The notes below the pieces were generated by a model. The model ran no database searches. It was not told where the DNA came from and saw only the letters and a list, made by a program, of their open reading frames with translations. 64,000 bases of DNA, from assembly GCA_023229865.1 (NCBI GenBank), contig JALNYL010000001.1, forward strand, positions 87,008-151,007. Reading direction: 5' to 3'. Below, one piece after another: positions 44,875 through 54,864 of the stretch. Origin of the DNA: Minisyncoccota bacterium. Its GTDB lineage: Bacteria > Patescibacteriota > Minisyncoccia > Phycocordibacterales > UBA1550. The translations under genes were made by a program, and so were the position numbers. Each line of letters opens with the position of its first letter. The stretch's first letter is position 1.

Positions 44875-44999
44875 ATAATGAACGCTGTTAGCAATTATTG
44901 TAGCACGCAAATATTTAAGTTGATATACCCCTGTGTAAAAAGAGGGTGGAAACCCTATGCAAAAAGTAGGTGTGGGGGTATACTATAGAAGACATTATT

Positions 45000-46445
45000 A
45001 TGAACATCTTGAACCTTCTCTCAAAAGAAAAGCGTGTTGCGGGAATAGAGATCAGTGACTCTGTTGTCCGCATCGCTTTTTTCCGTCCCCTCTCCAAGAA
45101 GCGCATGTCCAAGCCCGCAGAAGGCGTAGTAACACCAGAAGACGAGCTCATTCTCATCGAAGAACCTATCGCGTCCAACATTATCGCCGACGGTGTTGTC
45201 GTTGATGGAGAACTTCTTGGAAAAACATTGCGCAATATTTGGACCAAAGCAGAACTCGGCACCGAGTACGCAGTGGTCGCAATCCCTGACGACAAGATTT
45301 ATTCAAGAATCTTTTCATTTCCAAAATCAGTAACTGAAGCACGCGTGACCGAAGCGATGCGTCTCGCTATCGGCTTTCAGCTCCCCATGAAGACCGAGGA
45401 TGTGTATCTCGACTGGGAGCGCACCATAGGCACATCGGGTACGAACGAAATTTTCCTCTCAACGATCCCCCGAGCTGTCGTACAAGGCTATATCTCTGCA
45501 CTCGAAAAAGCAGGTATCAAAACGCTCGCCCTTGAGAGCCATCTATCAGCAATCGCGCGCTCAGTGAAGCTCACCCCAGAGACGACGACACTCTTTTCAA
45601 AAAAGACTCCTGACGGCGCGACTATTTTTGCACTCAAGGATGGCATTATGAGATTTTCGCGCACGCTCCCGCTTCAGTTTGTTCCCGAAAATAAAATCGC
45701 AGAAGAGACACAAAAAGTAAAAGCGTCTTTAGTTGCAGACGGCGACGCAACAGTAGTCGAACAAGATATTCTCGAAGCAGATATCCGCGATGAATACGCA
45801 AGTCGCCCCGAGATTACTAAGCCAGCATCAAAGTGGCTCGTAGCACTCGGCGCCGCCATCCGTGGCAAGATTCCCGAAGGCGAGGATAATCTCGTTTCCC
45901 TCCTCCCTATTGGTACCGAAGAAGCGTACGCATATCAACGCGCCACGACATTTATTGTCTTGATGAGAAATCTCATTATTGGTGTTTCTATCTTTTTCGT
46001 GGTGGCATATCTCGCAACATATCTTTTTATGGCTTCCCTCGCGCGCGAAACTACTGAAAAAATTACGACACTATCAGCAACAGTTCTCCCCCCAGAAGTC
46101 GCCGCAAAAGAACAGCAGATTAATGACGTCAATGCACTTACGGAGACAGGAGCCATGCTTCTCTCACAAACCCCGACATGGAGCCCTATTCTTGCCGAAA
46201 TTGTGGCGCGTACACCAGAAGGAATCACCATCTCGATGTTCTCAGCGCAATCATTTACTACCAGAATTTCCCTCACAGGAACAGCAGTAAGCCGTAGTGT
46301 GCTCAACAACTACAAAGCCGGCCTTCAAGAATCCCCCCTTCTTACAGAAGTAGAACTCCCCCTTGCGAACCTCGAGCAACGAGAGAACATTCCGTTCTCA
46401 ATTTCATTCAGCCTGAAGGACCCAGGTGCGCTATACTATAAATAA
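45000..46445 (+). CDS. pilM: PilM-like actin-fold domain fused to a TM and PilN-like domain
   Basis: AGIEISDSVVRI, EDVYLDW, ALESHLSAIARS, VALGAAIRG. These are followed by VSLLP, a TM segment and ISLTGTAVSR. Confidence 0.8.
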   Translation: MNILNLLSKEKRVAGIEISDSVVRIAFFRPLSKKRMSKPAEGVVTPEDELILIEEPIASNIIADGVVVDGELLGKTLRNIWTKAELGTEYAVVAIPDDKIYSRIFSFPKSVTEARVTEAMRLAIGFQLPMKTEDVYLDWERTIGTSGTNEIFLSTIPRAVVQGYISALEKAGIKTLALESHLSAIARSVKLTPETTTLFSKKTPDGATIFALKDGIMRFSRTLPLQFVPENKIAEETQKVKASLVADGDATVVEQDILEADIRDEYASRPEITKPASKWLVALGAAIRGKIPEGEDNLVSLLPIGTEEAYAYQRATTFIVLMRNLIIGVSIFFVVAYLATYLFMASLARETTEKITTLSATVLPPEVAAKEQQINDVNALTETGAMLLSQTPTWSPILAEIVARTPEGITISMFSAQSFTTRISLTGTAVSRSVLNNYKAGLQESPLLTEVELPLANLEQRENIPFSISFSLKDPGALYYK

Positions 46446-46452
46446 TAACGCT

Positions 46453-47010
46453 ATGTTCACCACAAAAAATCTTTTCAAAATAGCAGGTAAACACTTCCTT
46501 ATTGCTCTTGGGTTTATTTTTTCTGCCGCCGTCATCGTATTTTTCATCTCGGGACAAATTACCAAAATCTCTAATGGCGCGGCAAAGGATCGCCAGACGG
46601 CAGCAGCACTCAGCGAACGCACCACCCTACTCTCAAATTTAAAATATGAATCGGAGCTCATTGGCGACAATGATAATGTAATTCGTCGCGCATTTATCCC
46701 CACCAATAACATTCTTGAGTTTGTCGCAATCCTCGAAAGCCTCGCCCTCAAAAATGGTGTTACGCAATCCTTTCATTTTTCATCACCAACACCAGACACC
46801 CTCGGTACTCCGTTCCCCATTTCGACAATTACCTACCAAAACACAATTTCTGCAAACGCACCTACCATTATCAATTACCTCAGAGACTTCGAAAAGATTC
46901 CTTATTTCACAAAAATAGACTCTATTACTATCTCTTCAGGCAAGGCGGACTGGCGTGATGTGTCTACAATTTCATTCAGTGCGACCGTAGCAGCACAAGC
47001 AATACAATAA
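46453..47010 (+). CDS. PilO-like protein
   Basis: N-terminal TM, coiled segment, YLRDFEKIPYFTKIDSITI. Follows the pilM/N fusion. Confidence 0.65.
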   Translation: MFTTKNLFKIAGKHFLIALGFIFSAAVIVFFISGQITKISNGAAKDRQTAAALSERTTLLSNLKYESELIGDNDNVIRRAFIPTNNILEFVAILESLALKNGVTQSFHFSSPTPDTLGTPFPISTITYQNTISANAPTIINYLRDFEKIPYFTKIDSITISSGKADWRDVSTISFSATVAAQAIQ

Positions 47011-47011
47011 T

Positions 47012-47623
47012 ATGACAGAAACAACACCAAAAACCCTCAAAGAAAGACTTTCTGAGATCAAACCAAAGGACCTCCTATATCCAGGAATTATTCTTTTGTT
47101 TATTATTATTGTTGTCATCATATTCTTCTTAGTAACACGTTTTATAACCAATAACATCAACAAGGCTTTTTCTGGCGACACAGGGGGAGAGTCGCGCACA
47201 CTCAATATCGACAACTACAATCTTGTCGCAAAGAAACTTGGCATTAGTATTACCCCTGTCAAAAGTGAAATCACAAACGAAGTAACCAACGCGACGACAA
47301 CCCAAGAAACAAATGGTTCAGCGCAGGCAACTACAACAACCCTAGACAAGAAGACTCTCACGCTCCAAATTCTCAACAGCACGACCAAAAAGGGAGTTGC
47401 GGGCACCCTTGCAAAGACACTTGAAGGTGCTGGCTTTGCAAAAGCTACAACAGGAAACCAGAGCAAATTAATTCCCGTAACAACTATTTACCTCAAAGAA
47501 AGCGTTGCTTCATTCGGCCCAGAACTCCTTGAAGAAGTTAAAAAATCCTACTCAAGCGCAGTCGCGACGACGACCCAAGAAACCAAAGCGTTCGACATCA
47601 GTATTGTCATCGGAACAAAGTAA
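47012..47623 (+). CDS. Membrane protein with a LytR C-terminal domain
   Basis: TM, Thr-rich linker, LQILNSTTKKGVAG...GF...GN...DISIVIG. Confidence 0.8.
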   Translation: MTETTPKTLKERLSEIKPKDLLYPGIILLFIIIVVIIFFLVTRFITNNINKAFSGDTGGESRTLNIDNYNLVAKKLGISITPVKSEITNEVTNATTTQETNGSAQATTTTLDKKTLTLQILNSTTKKGVAGTLAKTLEGAGFAKATTGNQSKLIPVTTIYLKESVASFGPELLEEVKKSYSSAVATTTQETKAFDISIVIGTK

Positions 47624-47633
47624 GAAACAACGT

Positions 47634-47667
47634 AAAAGAAAAAGCCCTACGAAGGGGCTTTTTCTTT
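47634..47667 (+). terminator. Intrinsic terminator
   Basis: AAAAGCCC-loop-GGGCTTTT followed by CTTTT. Confidence 0.7.
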
Positions 47668-47768
47668 TGTGTCCCCCAAGAACCTGGGGTATAATCTAGG
47701 GATACAGATTCCGTTAGAGGTCTAACAGTTATGTATGTGTCAAAGTATTTATCAATTATTTACTAACT

Positions 47769-49421
47769 ATGGAAAAAAATATTCAGACAGCAAATCTAAT
47801 TCGCAACGCAGGCTTCGAAGGAGAGATACTAGGTGATACACCAAGCCTCATTCATTACGAAAATGATACAAGTATCATAGAGCTTCGCCCAGAGGTCGCG
47901 GTTAAACCAAAAGATGTAGAAGACATAAAAAAGCTTGTTTCTATTGTCGCAAGCAATAAAACCACAGACCCTACTCTATCTTTGACCGCGCGTGCAGCAG
48001 GTACAGGGATGGCAGGAGGCGCCCTCAATGAATCCATCATTGTGGACGTTTCAAATCTCAACAATGTAAAAAGTGTTTCAGCCGAACGCGTAGTCGCGGA
48101 GTCGGGTGTCTACTATCGCGATATGGACGCTGAGACTAGAAAACTCGGCGTCATAATGCCTTCATTCCCTGCTTCGCGCGACCTCTGTGCCGTGGGTGGG
48201 ATGGTGGGGACCAACGCTTCAGGGGAAATGACATTAAGTTTTGGAAGTACGAGAAACTGGGTAAAACGAATTAAAGCTGTCCTCTCAGATGGAAACGAAT
48301 ACGAGTTCAAGCCTCTTTCTATTCCTGAGCTTGAAGAAAAGAAAAAGCTTTCTGGTTTTGAAGGCGACCTCTACCGCCGAATGTACGACCTCCTCGAGAA
48401 CAACTATGACCTCATAAAGAATGCTGAACCAAAAGTTGCAAAAAACTCTACGGGGTACGCCCTTTGGAAGGTGTGGGACCGCAATATGTTTGACCTCACC
48501 CAGCTTTTCACGGGCTCTGAGGGGACGCTCGGGGTTTTTACAGAAATTGAATTTGCACTTATCAAACCAGAAGAGCATCGCAAGTTGATTGTGGTTTTCT
48601 TGCCTGACTTCAGCAAACTTACCGAAGTGGTAGGAAACATTCTTTCTCATAAGCCAGAAACTTTTGAAACGTACGACGACCGCGTAATTCAGTTCACGAT
48701 GCGCTATCTTCCCGAGTTTGTGAAGGTGATGAAAACTGGCTTAATAAAACTTGGTTTGTCATTTATCCCCGAGGCACTTATGGTGCTTCGTGGAGGATTC
48801 CCCAAGCTTGTTCTTCTTGCAGAATTCACAGGGGAAACAGAGGAAGAAGCTCTCCGAAAGGCAAATGAGGCATTTGAGGATTTGAAACAATTCAAACTTC
48901 AGATGGAGATTATGCAGACATCCGCACAGGCTGAGAAGTTCTGGAAAATGCGCCACGACAGCTTCAATATTATGCGTAAACATAGTGGCAAAAACAAAAC
49001 CGCGCCGCTCGTCGACGATATTATCGTTGACACCAAGAAGCTTCCTGAGTTTCTTCCAAAACTTGAGGAAATTATGGCAAAATACAAAATTGTCTACACC
49101 ATCCAGGGGCACATCGGGGACGGCAACTTCCACATATTCCCTCTTATGGATCTCCATGAGGAACGCTACCGCGATATGATTATGGAAATTACCGAGAAGG
49201 TGTTTGATCTTGTATTCGCTTTTGGTGGCTCAATGTCCGCAGAACACAATGATGGCTATATTCGCACACCATACCTTCGCCAAATGTACGGAGATAAAAT
49301 TATAAGTCTCTTCGAAGAAACGAAAAAAATCTTTGATCCACAAAACATCTTTAATCCCGGCAAAAAAGTCCATGGCTACGACCTCAAATGGGTAAAGGAG
49401 CATATTGACAAGGACTACTAG
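47769..49421 (+). CDS. FAD-linked oxidase (GlcD / D-lactate dehydrogenase-like)
   Basis: RAAGTGMAG, GSEGTLG, HIGDGNFH, AEHNDG, FDPQNIFNPGK. Confidence 0.9.
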   Translation: MEKNIQTANLIRNAGFEGEILGDTPSLIHYENDTSIIELRPEVAVKPKDVEDIKKLVSIVASNKTTDPTLSLTARAAGTGMAGGALNESIIVDVSNLNNVKSVSAERVVAESGVYYRDMDAETRKLGVIMPSFPASRDLCAVGGMVGTNASGEMTLSFGSTRNWVKRIKAVLSDGNEYEFKPLSIPELEEKKKLSGFEGDLYRRMYDLLENNYDLIKNAEPKVAKNSTGYALWKVWDRNMFDLTQLFTGSEGTLGVFTEIEFALIKPEEHRKLIVVFLPDFSKLTEVVGNILSHKPETFETYDDRVIQFTMRYLPEFVKVMKTGLIKLGLSFIPEALMVLRGGFPKLVLLAEFTGETEEEALRKANEAFEDLKQFKLQMEIMQTSAQAEKFWKMRHDSFNIMRKHSGKNKTAPLVDDIIVDTKKLPEFLPKLEEIMAKYKIVYTIQGHIGDGNFHIFPLMDLHEERYRDMIMEITEKVFDLVFAFGGSMSAEHNDGYIRTPYLRQMYGDKIISLFEETKKIFDPQNIFNPGKKVHGYDLKWVKEHIDKDY

Positions 49422-49447
49422 CGCGAAGGGTTACAACTGACCAAAAT

Positions 49448-49488
49448 ACAGAAAACGCCGCTTCCCTTTGAGAAGCGGCGTTTTCTGT
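49448..49488. terminator. Bidirectional terminator
   Basis: ACAGAAAACGCCGCTTC-7 nt-GAAGCGGCGTTTTCTGT between convergent genes. Confidence 0.8.
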
Positions 49489-49502
49489 TAGTTGTTCTTT
49501 CT

Positions 49503-50309
49503 TTATTCTTTTCCTGACTTAATAAATGCCAAACTAAAGAGAAAGATAAGAAGCGCGACCATCACAATAGCACCACCCGACGCGAGGTTGAAATAATACG
49601 ATGCAAAGAGTCCTGCAATAACGGATGTGATCGAAAAAATCACCGACAAGACGAGTGTTGTAAGGAAACCGCGACCGTACTGCATCGCTGAGATAACCGG
49701 GATAACCATGAGCGCTCCAATAAGAAGCACGCCGACAATACGGATAGAGATAGCAACCGCAATAGCAGCAAGCATCACCATCATAAAGTTGATCGCCTTT
49801 ACGGGAAGCCCGCTCGCCTGTGCAAGTTCAGGGTCAAACGATGCAAAGAAAAGTTCTTTATAGAGAAGCACAATGTCCAAAAAAACAACAACTGCGAGCG
49901 CTACGGTCACCCACAAGTCAGTCGTCGAAACAGTGGAAATACTTCCAAACAAGTAGCTAAACAAGTTTGCGTTGAATCCCTTTGAAAGCGAGAGGATAAT
50001 GACCGCGAGCGCGAGCGATCCCGAAAGGAAGAGCGCGAGCACTGACTCTCCAAAAATGCGGCGCGACGAGCGAAGAGCTTCGATCCCAAACGACGCAAGA
50101 ACCGAAAGCCCAATCGCCGTAAAGACGGGGTTCACTTTAAAAAAGAGACCAATAGCAACCCCTGCAAAAGAAACGTGCGCAAGGGTATCCGCCATAAGCG
50201 AGTACCTCCTCACTACGAGAAACATGCCAATGAGCGGCGCAACGATTCCGATTGCGATTCCGGCTTCAAACGCGCGCACCATAAAGTCATATTGAAATAT
50301 TTCGAGCAT
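49503..50309 (-). CDS. znuB: Zn/Mn ABC transporter permease
   Basis: DTLAHVSFAG, SYLFGSI, SFDPELA, IVGVLLIGALMVIP. Confidence 0.9.
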   Translation of the reverse strand: MLEIFQYDFMVRAFEAGIAIGIVAPLIGMFLVVRRYSLMADTLAHVSFAGVAIGLFFKVNPVFTAIGLSVLASFGIEALRSSRRIFGESVLALFLSGSLALAVIILSLSKGFNANLFSYLFGSISTVSTTDLWVTVALAVVVFLDIVLLYKELFFASFDPELAQASGLPVKAINFMMVMLAAIAVAISIRIVGVLLIGALMVIPVISAMQYGRGFLTTLVLSVIFSITSVIAGLFASYYFNLASGGAIVMVALLIFLFSLAFIKSGKE

Positions 50310-50313
50310 AGTT

Positions 50314-51072
50314 TTATTTGTGGTTTACGAGGTGTGAATGCTTGCCATACAGACGCTCAAGTACGTGCTCATTGAGGAGGTCGCGAGGAAGACCGTGGCA
50401 CACGAGCGTGTGATTGAGGCAGAGTACCGTCTTCGTCTCCTGAGAGACTGCATCAACATCGTGCGAAATAAAAATGATGGTGAGATTGTGATCGCGGTTG
50501 AGCGAAGCAAGGAATTCATAAAAAGTCTTCTGTGCTCCGATATCGACCCCCACGGTCGGCTCGTCAAGGATGAGCACGTCGGGCTCAGAGGCCAAGGCGC
50601 GCGCAATAAACACACGCTGACGCTCTCCCCCCGAAAGATTGCCTACGAGTGTGTCGCGATAGCGTTCAATCCCCGCAATCTTCATCGCACGCTCTACGAC
50701 CTCAATATCTTTAGCAGTAAACTTTTGGAAAAATCCCAAACGTGGGATGCGGCCCGTGCGTACCACTTCAAACACTGTTGCAGGAAACTCTCTATCTGCC
50801 TGTGTCACGCGCTGAGGCACATAACCAATGCGGTGCTTCTCTTTGAAATCGTGTCGATCCTTTCCAAAGAGCAAGACTGCCCCCTCAGTGGGATGCAGAA
50901 GACCCAAAATAATCTTAATGAGTGTCGTTTTACCACCACCATTGGGGCCAATAATCCCCAAGTACTCCCCTTTTCGCACGGTAAAAGAAAGCTTCTCAAT
51001 AACAGGTGTGTGATCGTATGAAAAGCTTACATTACTAAGCTCAATGTATGGTTCTGCTAATTTGTCGCGCAT
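50314..51072 (-). CDS. znuC: Zn/Mn ABC transporter ATPase
   Basis: GPNGGGKTT, IGYVPQ, LSGGERQR, LDEPT, CLN. Confidence 0.9.
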   Translation of the reverse strand: MRDKLAEPYIELSNVSFSYDHTPVIEKLSFTVRKGEYLGIIGPNGGGKTTLIKIILGLLHPTEGAVLLFGKDRHDFKEKHRIGYVPQRVTQADREFPATVFEVVRTGRIPRLGFFQKFTAKDIEVVERAMKIAGIERYRDTLVGNLSGGERQRVFIARALASEPDVLILDEPTVGVDIGAQKTFYEFLASLNRDHNLTIIFISHDVDAVSQETKTVLCLNHTLVCHGLPRDLLNEHVLERLYGKHSHLVNHK

Positions 51073-52001
51073 GACATTGCTTTTTGGAGGTTATTCAAAT
51101 TCATTTCCATTACAGAAACATAATCTTCTCCTGATTGTACCTCGTCTGGGGTAAGACTTTCAAGGGGGTTGAGAACAAGGGTCGTGCCACCGATTTCACG
51201 CGCAACGAGCTCTGAAAACTTTGGGCTTGCAACCGTTTCAAAAAAGATAGACTTTACACCACGATCACGCGCAAGCGCAACAATGTGTGCGAGATCTTTT
51301 GGAGAAGGTTCTTCGTCGGGAGAAATACCTTCAATAGAAGTAACGGTGATACCATACTGGCGGCCGAGGTAATTAAACGCTTCGTGAAGCACGACAATAT
51401 CATGAAGCGAGCATGAAGCGAGCCCCGTGCGAAAACGCTGATCGAGATCATCAAGAGAAATGAGGGCACGCGTTGCATTCTCGATAAAAATATCTTTGTG
51501 GGCTGGATCAATTTGCGAAAAGATATCACGCATTGCCTCAATCTCACTTTTCATAATAATAGGGTTGAGCCAAAAATGCGGATCGACAGCACCATCGCGC
51601 TCTCCAAGGACAACGCCACGAGCCTTGAGCGTCTGCGCCATATCAATCACCTCCTTTGGGCGCACCGTGGAACCCTCTTGCCACTTCTTCACCCATGGCT
51701 CAAGCGCGGCGCCGTTAAAGACAAGAATGTCTGCTTTTCCAATATCAACAAAATCACGTGGTGATGGTTCAAAATCATGTGGCTCAACACCCGCAGGAAC
51801 AAGGGTGTTCACCAAAACAAGATTCCCTCCTACTTTTTCTGCGGCGTACGAAAGTGGATAGAAACTTGAAACAATGTGGATACGACCATTGGCTGGCTCC
51901 GCCTGACGGCCGCGCGTCAAAACAAGAAACGTCAAAAGAACACCGAGGATGAGCACGGTGACGACGATTACTAATTTGCGATTTGATGTGATTACCAACA
52001 T
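51057..52001 (-). CDS. znuA: Zn/Mn ABC transporter substrate-binding protein
   Basis: EPHDFEP, DPHFWL, HEAFNY, LNPLE. Confidence 0.9.
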   Translation of the reverse strand: MLVITSNRKLVIVVTVLILGVLLTFLVLTRGRQAEPANGRIHIVSSFYPLSYAAEKVGGNLVLVNTLVPAGVEPHDFEPSPRDFVDIGKADILVFNGAALEPWVKKWQEGSTVRPKEVIDMAQTLKARGVVLGERDGAVDPHFWLNPIIMKSEIEAMRDIFSQIDPAHKDIFIENATRALISLDDLDQRFRTGLASCSLHDIVVLHEAFNYLGRQYGITVTSIEGISPDEEPSPKDLAHIVALARDRGVKSIFFETVASPKFSELVAREIGGTTLVLNPLESLTPDEVQSGEDYVSVMEMNLNNLQKAMSCATN

Positions 52002-52022
52002 TGATTTGTTTAAAAAATTATT

Positions 52023-52598
52023 CTACTTAATTGCTTGAGTAACAGCTTCCAAAAGCTCTTCTCTTCCCTTGTGGATGCGTGCTGAGTATGGAAACGCTTG
52101 CGCGCCGAGCGCGGCTTCGATTGCCTTCAGGCTCTGAGAACGCTCTGTTTGATTCAAGCGATCAATCTTGTTGGCGACGACCACAAACGGGATATTTTCT
52201 GCGCGAAGAATGTCTGCCATTTCCTTGTCGTAATCCATTGGCTTCACACATGCATCAACAATGAGCATGACGAGGCGTACACGCGCTTCTCCACTACCAA
52301 GGTACCAGAGGATGAGCTTGCGGATCTTCTCGGCGCCTTTTGCCCCCATACGCGCAAAACCGTACCCCGGAAGGTCGACAAAGTAGAACTTTTTGTTGAT
52401 AAGGAAGAAGTTGATCTCACGAGTTTTGCCGGGCATCGAACTCGACTTCACAAGGTCCTTACGCATTACTAAAGAATTGATAACGCTCGATTTACCTACG
52501 TTGGAACGGCCAACAAACGCCACCTGACGACGTGCGTCGCCCAAAATAGGGTCGGAACCAATAATTCCCTTCATAAATTCAGCACTAGAAATAATCAT
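52023..52598 (-). CDS. engB: Ribosome biogenesis GTPase EngB/YihA/YsxC
   Basis: GRSNVGKSS, PGKT, DLPGYG, NKID. Confidence 0.95.
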   Translation of the reverse strand: MIISSAEFMKGIIGSDPILGDARRQVAFVGRSNVGKSSVINSLVMRKDLVKSSSMPGKTREINFFLINKKFYFVDLPGYGFARMGAKGAEKIRKLILWYLGSGEARVRLVMLIVDACVKPMDYDKEMADILRAENIPFVVVANKIDRLNQTERSQSLKAIEAALGAQAFPYSARIHKGREELLEAVTQAIK

Positions 52599-52630
52599 AT
52601 ATTCATTTAACCACACAAGTACCAAAGCTC

Positions 52631-52688
52631 AAAACCCACCATGTACCTATTTTGTACTATGGTACAAAATAGGTACATGGTGGGTTTT
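52631..52688. repeat. 58-bp inverted repeat with perfect 27-bp arms
   Basis: AAAACCCACCATGTACCTATTTTGTAC-TATG-GTACAAAATAGGTACATGGTGGGTTTT. Confidence 0.93.
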
Positions 52689-52740
52689 AGGAGATAAAAT
52701 GTTATACTATGCAAACTTACTAGGAATTAATTTATATATT

Positions 52741-53457
52741 ATGGAAGGAGAAAACACACAGCAAACACCAGCAGTAATTGCGCCAGCGCAAAACTATGCA
52801 ATCCCCTTTGCAATCGTTATTGCAGGACTTGCCATTGCAGGAGCAATTTACTTTAGTGGAGAGAAAGGAATAACGCCAGCACAAGAGGTTACCTCGATTC
52901 CACCTGTCACCAAAGCTGATCACATTCTCGGTGACCCTAACGCAAAGATTATTATTGTAGAGTATTCAGATACTGAATGCCCTTATTGCAAAACCTTCCA
53001 CCCAACAATGCAGCGCATTATGAGTGAGTACGGCAAGGATAGCAAAGTTGCGTGGGTATATCGTCAGTTCCCCATCGCATCACTTCACCCAAAGGCACAC
53101 TACGAATCACAAGCAACAGAGTGCGCAGCAAAGCTTGGTGGAAACACGAAGTTCTGGGAGTATCTCGATAAGGTTTTTGAACTCACTCCTGGAAACAATC
53201 GTCTCGATGAAGCTGAACTCCCCAAGATTGCAGAGAGCGTAGGACTTGATGTCCCCGCATTTAATAAATGCCTCACAAGTGGCGAAATGAAAGCCGTAGT
53301 TGACGCTCAAATGGCAGGAGGCTCAAAGGCGGGAGTTACGGGGACCCCTTACCCAATCGTACTTATCGACAAAAAAGTAGCAGGCACCATCGGAGGTGCG
53401 CTCCCCTACGAAGATCTCAAGAGGTCAATCGATGCAACACTAGCAGAGCAAAAGTAG
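52741..53457 (+). CDS. Membrane-anchored DsbA/BdbD-family thiol-disulfide oxidoreductase
   Basis: EYSDTECPYC, GVTGTP (cis-Pro), N-terminal TM. Confidence 0.9.
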   Translation: MEGENTQQTPAVIAPAQNYAIPFAIVIAGLAIAGAIYFSGEKGITPAQEVTSIPPVTKADHILGDPNAKIIIVEYSDTECPYCKTFHPTMQRIMSEYGKDSKVAWVYRQFPIASLHPKAHYESQATECAAKLGGNTKFWEYLDKVFELTPGNNRLDEAELPKIAESVGLDVPAFNKCLTSGEMKAVVDAQMAGGSKAGVTGTPYPIVLIDKKVAGTIGGALPYEDLKRSIDATLAEQK

Positions 53458-53465
53458 CAACCACA

Positions 53466-53502
53466 ACAAAAGGCCCGTTCGCTTCGCGAACGGGCCTTTT
53501 GT
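53466..53502. terminator. Bidirectional terminator
   Basis: ACAAAAGGCCCGTTCGC-TTC-GCGAACGGGCCTTTTGT. Confidence 0.85.
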
Positions 53503-53505
53503 ATT

Positions 53506-53540
53506 ATTCAACATTCAACATTCGATATTCAATATTCCAC
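53506..53540. repeat. Degenerate heptamer array after the rpoD stop codon
   Basis: ATTCAAC ATTCAAC ATTCGAT ATTCAAT ATTCCAC. Confidence 0.85.
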
Positions 53541-53545
53541 CCTCC

Positions 53546-54862
53546 TTAGTAATTGCGGAGCTTGTCCACCTTGTCATGAGCGCGAATCTTTTCGATTGCC
53601 TTTGCTTCAATCTGGCGGATACGTTCACGAGTAACCGCAAACTCACGACCCACCTCTTCGAGTGTGTGCACCACACCATCTACGAGTCCGTGACGAAGTT
53701 CGAGAATCTTGCGCTCCTTTTCAGAAAGGTCGCTCAAGATTTCCTTAACTTGATCAGAAAGAATACGCTGTGCTGAGTCCTGTGCTGGGGAAAGAATCTT
53801 GTCGTCGGCAATGAATTCACCGAGTGTTGATTTGTCGTCATCGTCACCAATAGGCTTCTCGAGAGAAACCGTATCTTGGTCAATCTTCTTAATGTTGTAA
53901 ATCTTTTCAACATCGAGACCCATCTCGGTTGCTACTTCTCCTGGAAGTGGCTCGCGGCCGAGGTCCTGTGACAAACGACGTACAACCTGCTTATATTTTG
54001 AAATCGTCTCCACCATGTGCACCGGAATACGAATCGTACGTGACTGATCCGCGAGTGCGCGGGTAATAGCCTGACGAATCCACCATGTTGCATACGTTGA
54101 AAACTTGTAACCCTTTTCCCAGTCAAACTTTTCCACTGCCTTAAAGAGACCGATGTTTCCCTCCTGAATAAGGTCAAGAAGCGTGAGGTCGGCCGAACGA
54201 CCTACGTACTTCTTTGCAATAGAAACCACGAGACGGAGGTTTGCGCGAGCAAGAAGATTCTTTGCCTCTTCGTCACCAAGCGCGATACGCTGAGCGAGGT
54301 CACGTTCATCTCCTGCCGAAAGGAGCGGATACTGACCAATCTCTTTCAAGTACATCTGGATAGAGTCATATGATGAATCACCACTCTTGTAGGTATACTT
54401 CTTATGCGTCAAAACCTCTTCAGGCTCCATATTGAGAAGTCCACCACTCTCAAGAACATCCACACCCGCATCGCCAAGCTTCTCGTAGAGCGTATCAAGA
54501 AACATAACGTCCTGCTCCACATTGGGAAATTCCTTAAGGATTTCGTTGTACGTGATAAAACCACGACCGCGACCCTTGAGAATAAGAAGTTCTGCTTTCT
54601 GCTCCCACCCTTCTGTTGATTTCTTTTTTAGGACAGCCTTTGAAGCTACTTTCTTTGGGGCAACCTTTTTAGGAGCAGCTTTTTTGGCAACCTTTTTAGG
54701 AGCTACTTTCTTGGGTGCAACTTTTTTAGGAGCTACCTTTTTAGGAGCCGCCTTCTTGGGTGCAGCTTTTTTAGGGTCAGCAGAGCCTCGTCTTGGACGT
54801 GAACTTTTCTGGGCAACTTTCTTAGGTGCTACCTTCTTTTTTGTGGTTGTTTTTTTCGGCAT
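53546..54862 (-). CDS. rpoD: Primary sigma factor RpoD with a Lys/Ala/Pro-rich N-terminal tail
   Basis: [50 protein letters not shown]. Start at 54862, 2 nt after the dnaG stop. Confidence 0.97.
   Translation of the reverse strand: MPKKTTTKKKVAPKKVAQKSSRPRRGSADPKKAAPKKAAPKKVAPKKVAPKKVAPKKVAKKAAPKKVAPKKVASKAVLKKKSTEGWEQKAELLILKGRGRGFITYNEILKEFPNVEQDVMFLDTLYEKLGDAGVDVLESGGLLNMEPEEVLTHKKYTYKSGDSSYDSIQMYLKEIGQYPLLSAGDERDLAQRIALGDEEAKNLLARANLRLVVSIAKKYVGRSADLTLLDLIQEGNIGLFKAVEKFDWEKGYKFSTYATWWIRQAITRALADQSRTIRIPVHMVETISKYKQVVRRLSQDLGREPLPGEVATEMGLDVEKIYNIKKIDQDTVSLEKPIGDDDDKSTLGEFIADDKILSPAQDSAQRILSDQVKEILSDLSEKERKILELRHGLVDGVVHTLEEVGREFAVTRERIRQIEAKAIEKIRAHDKVDKLRNY
54640..54843 (-). repeat. Pentapeptide repeats KK(V/A)AP in the RpoD N-terminus
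   Basis: About ten KKVAP/KKAAP-type units encoded by degenerate 15-nt repeats. Confidence 0.9.
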
Positions 54863-54864
54863 AA

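Noticed and set aside
38240-44940. Replication origin suggested by DnaA boxes
   Set aside because: The boxes are single and kilobases apart, with no cluster, unwinding element or dnaA gene.
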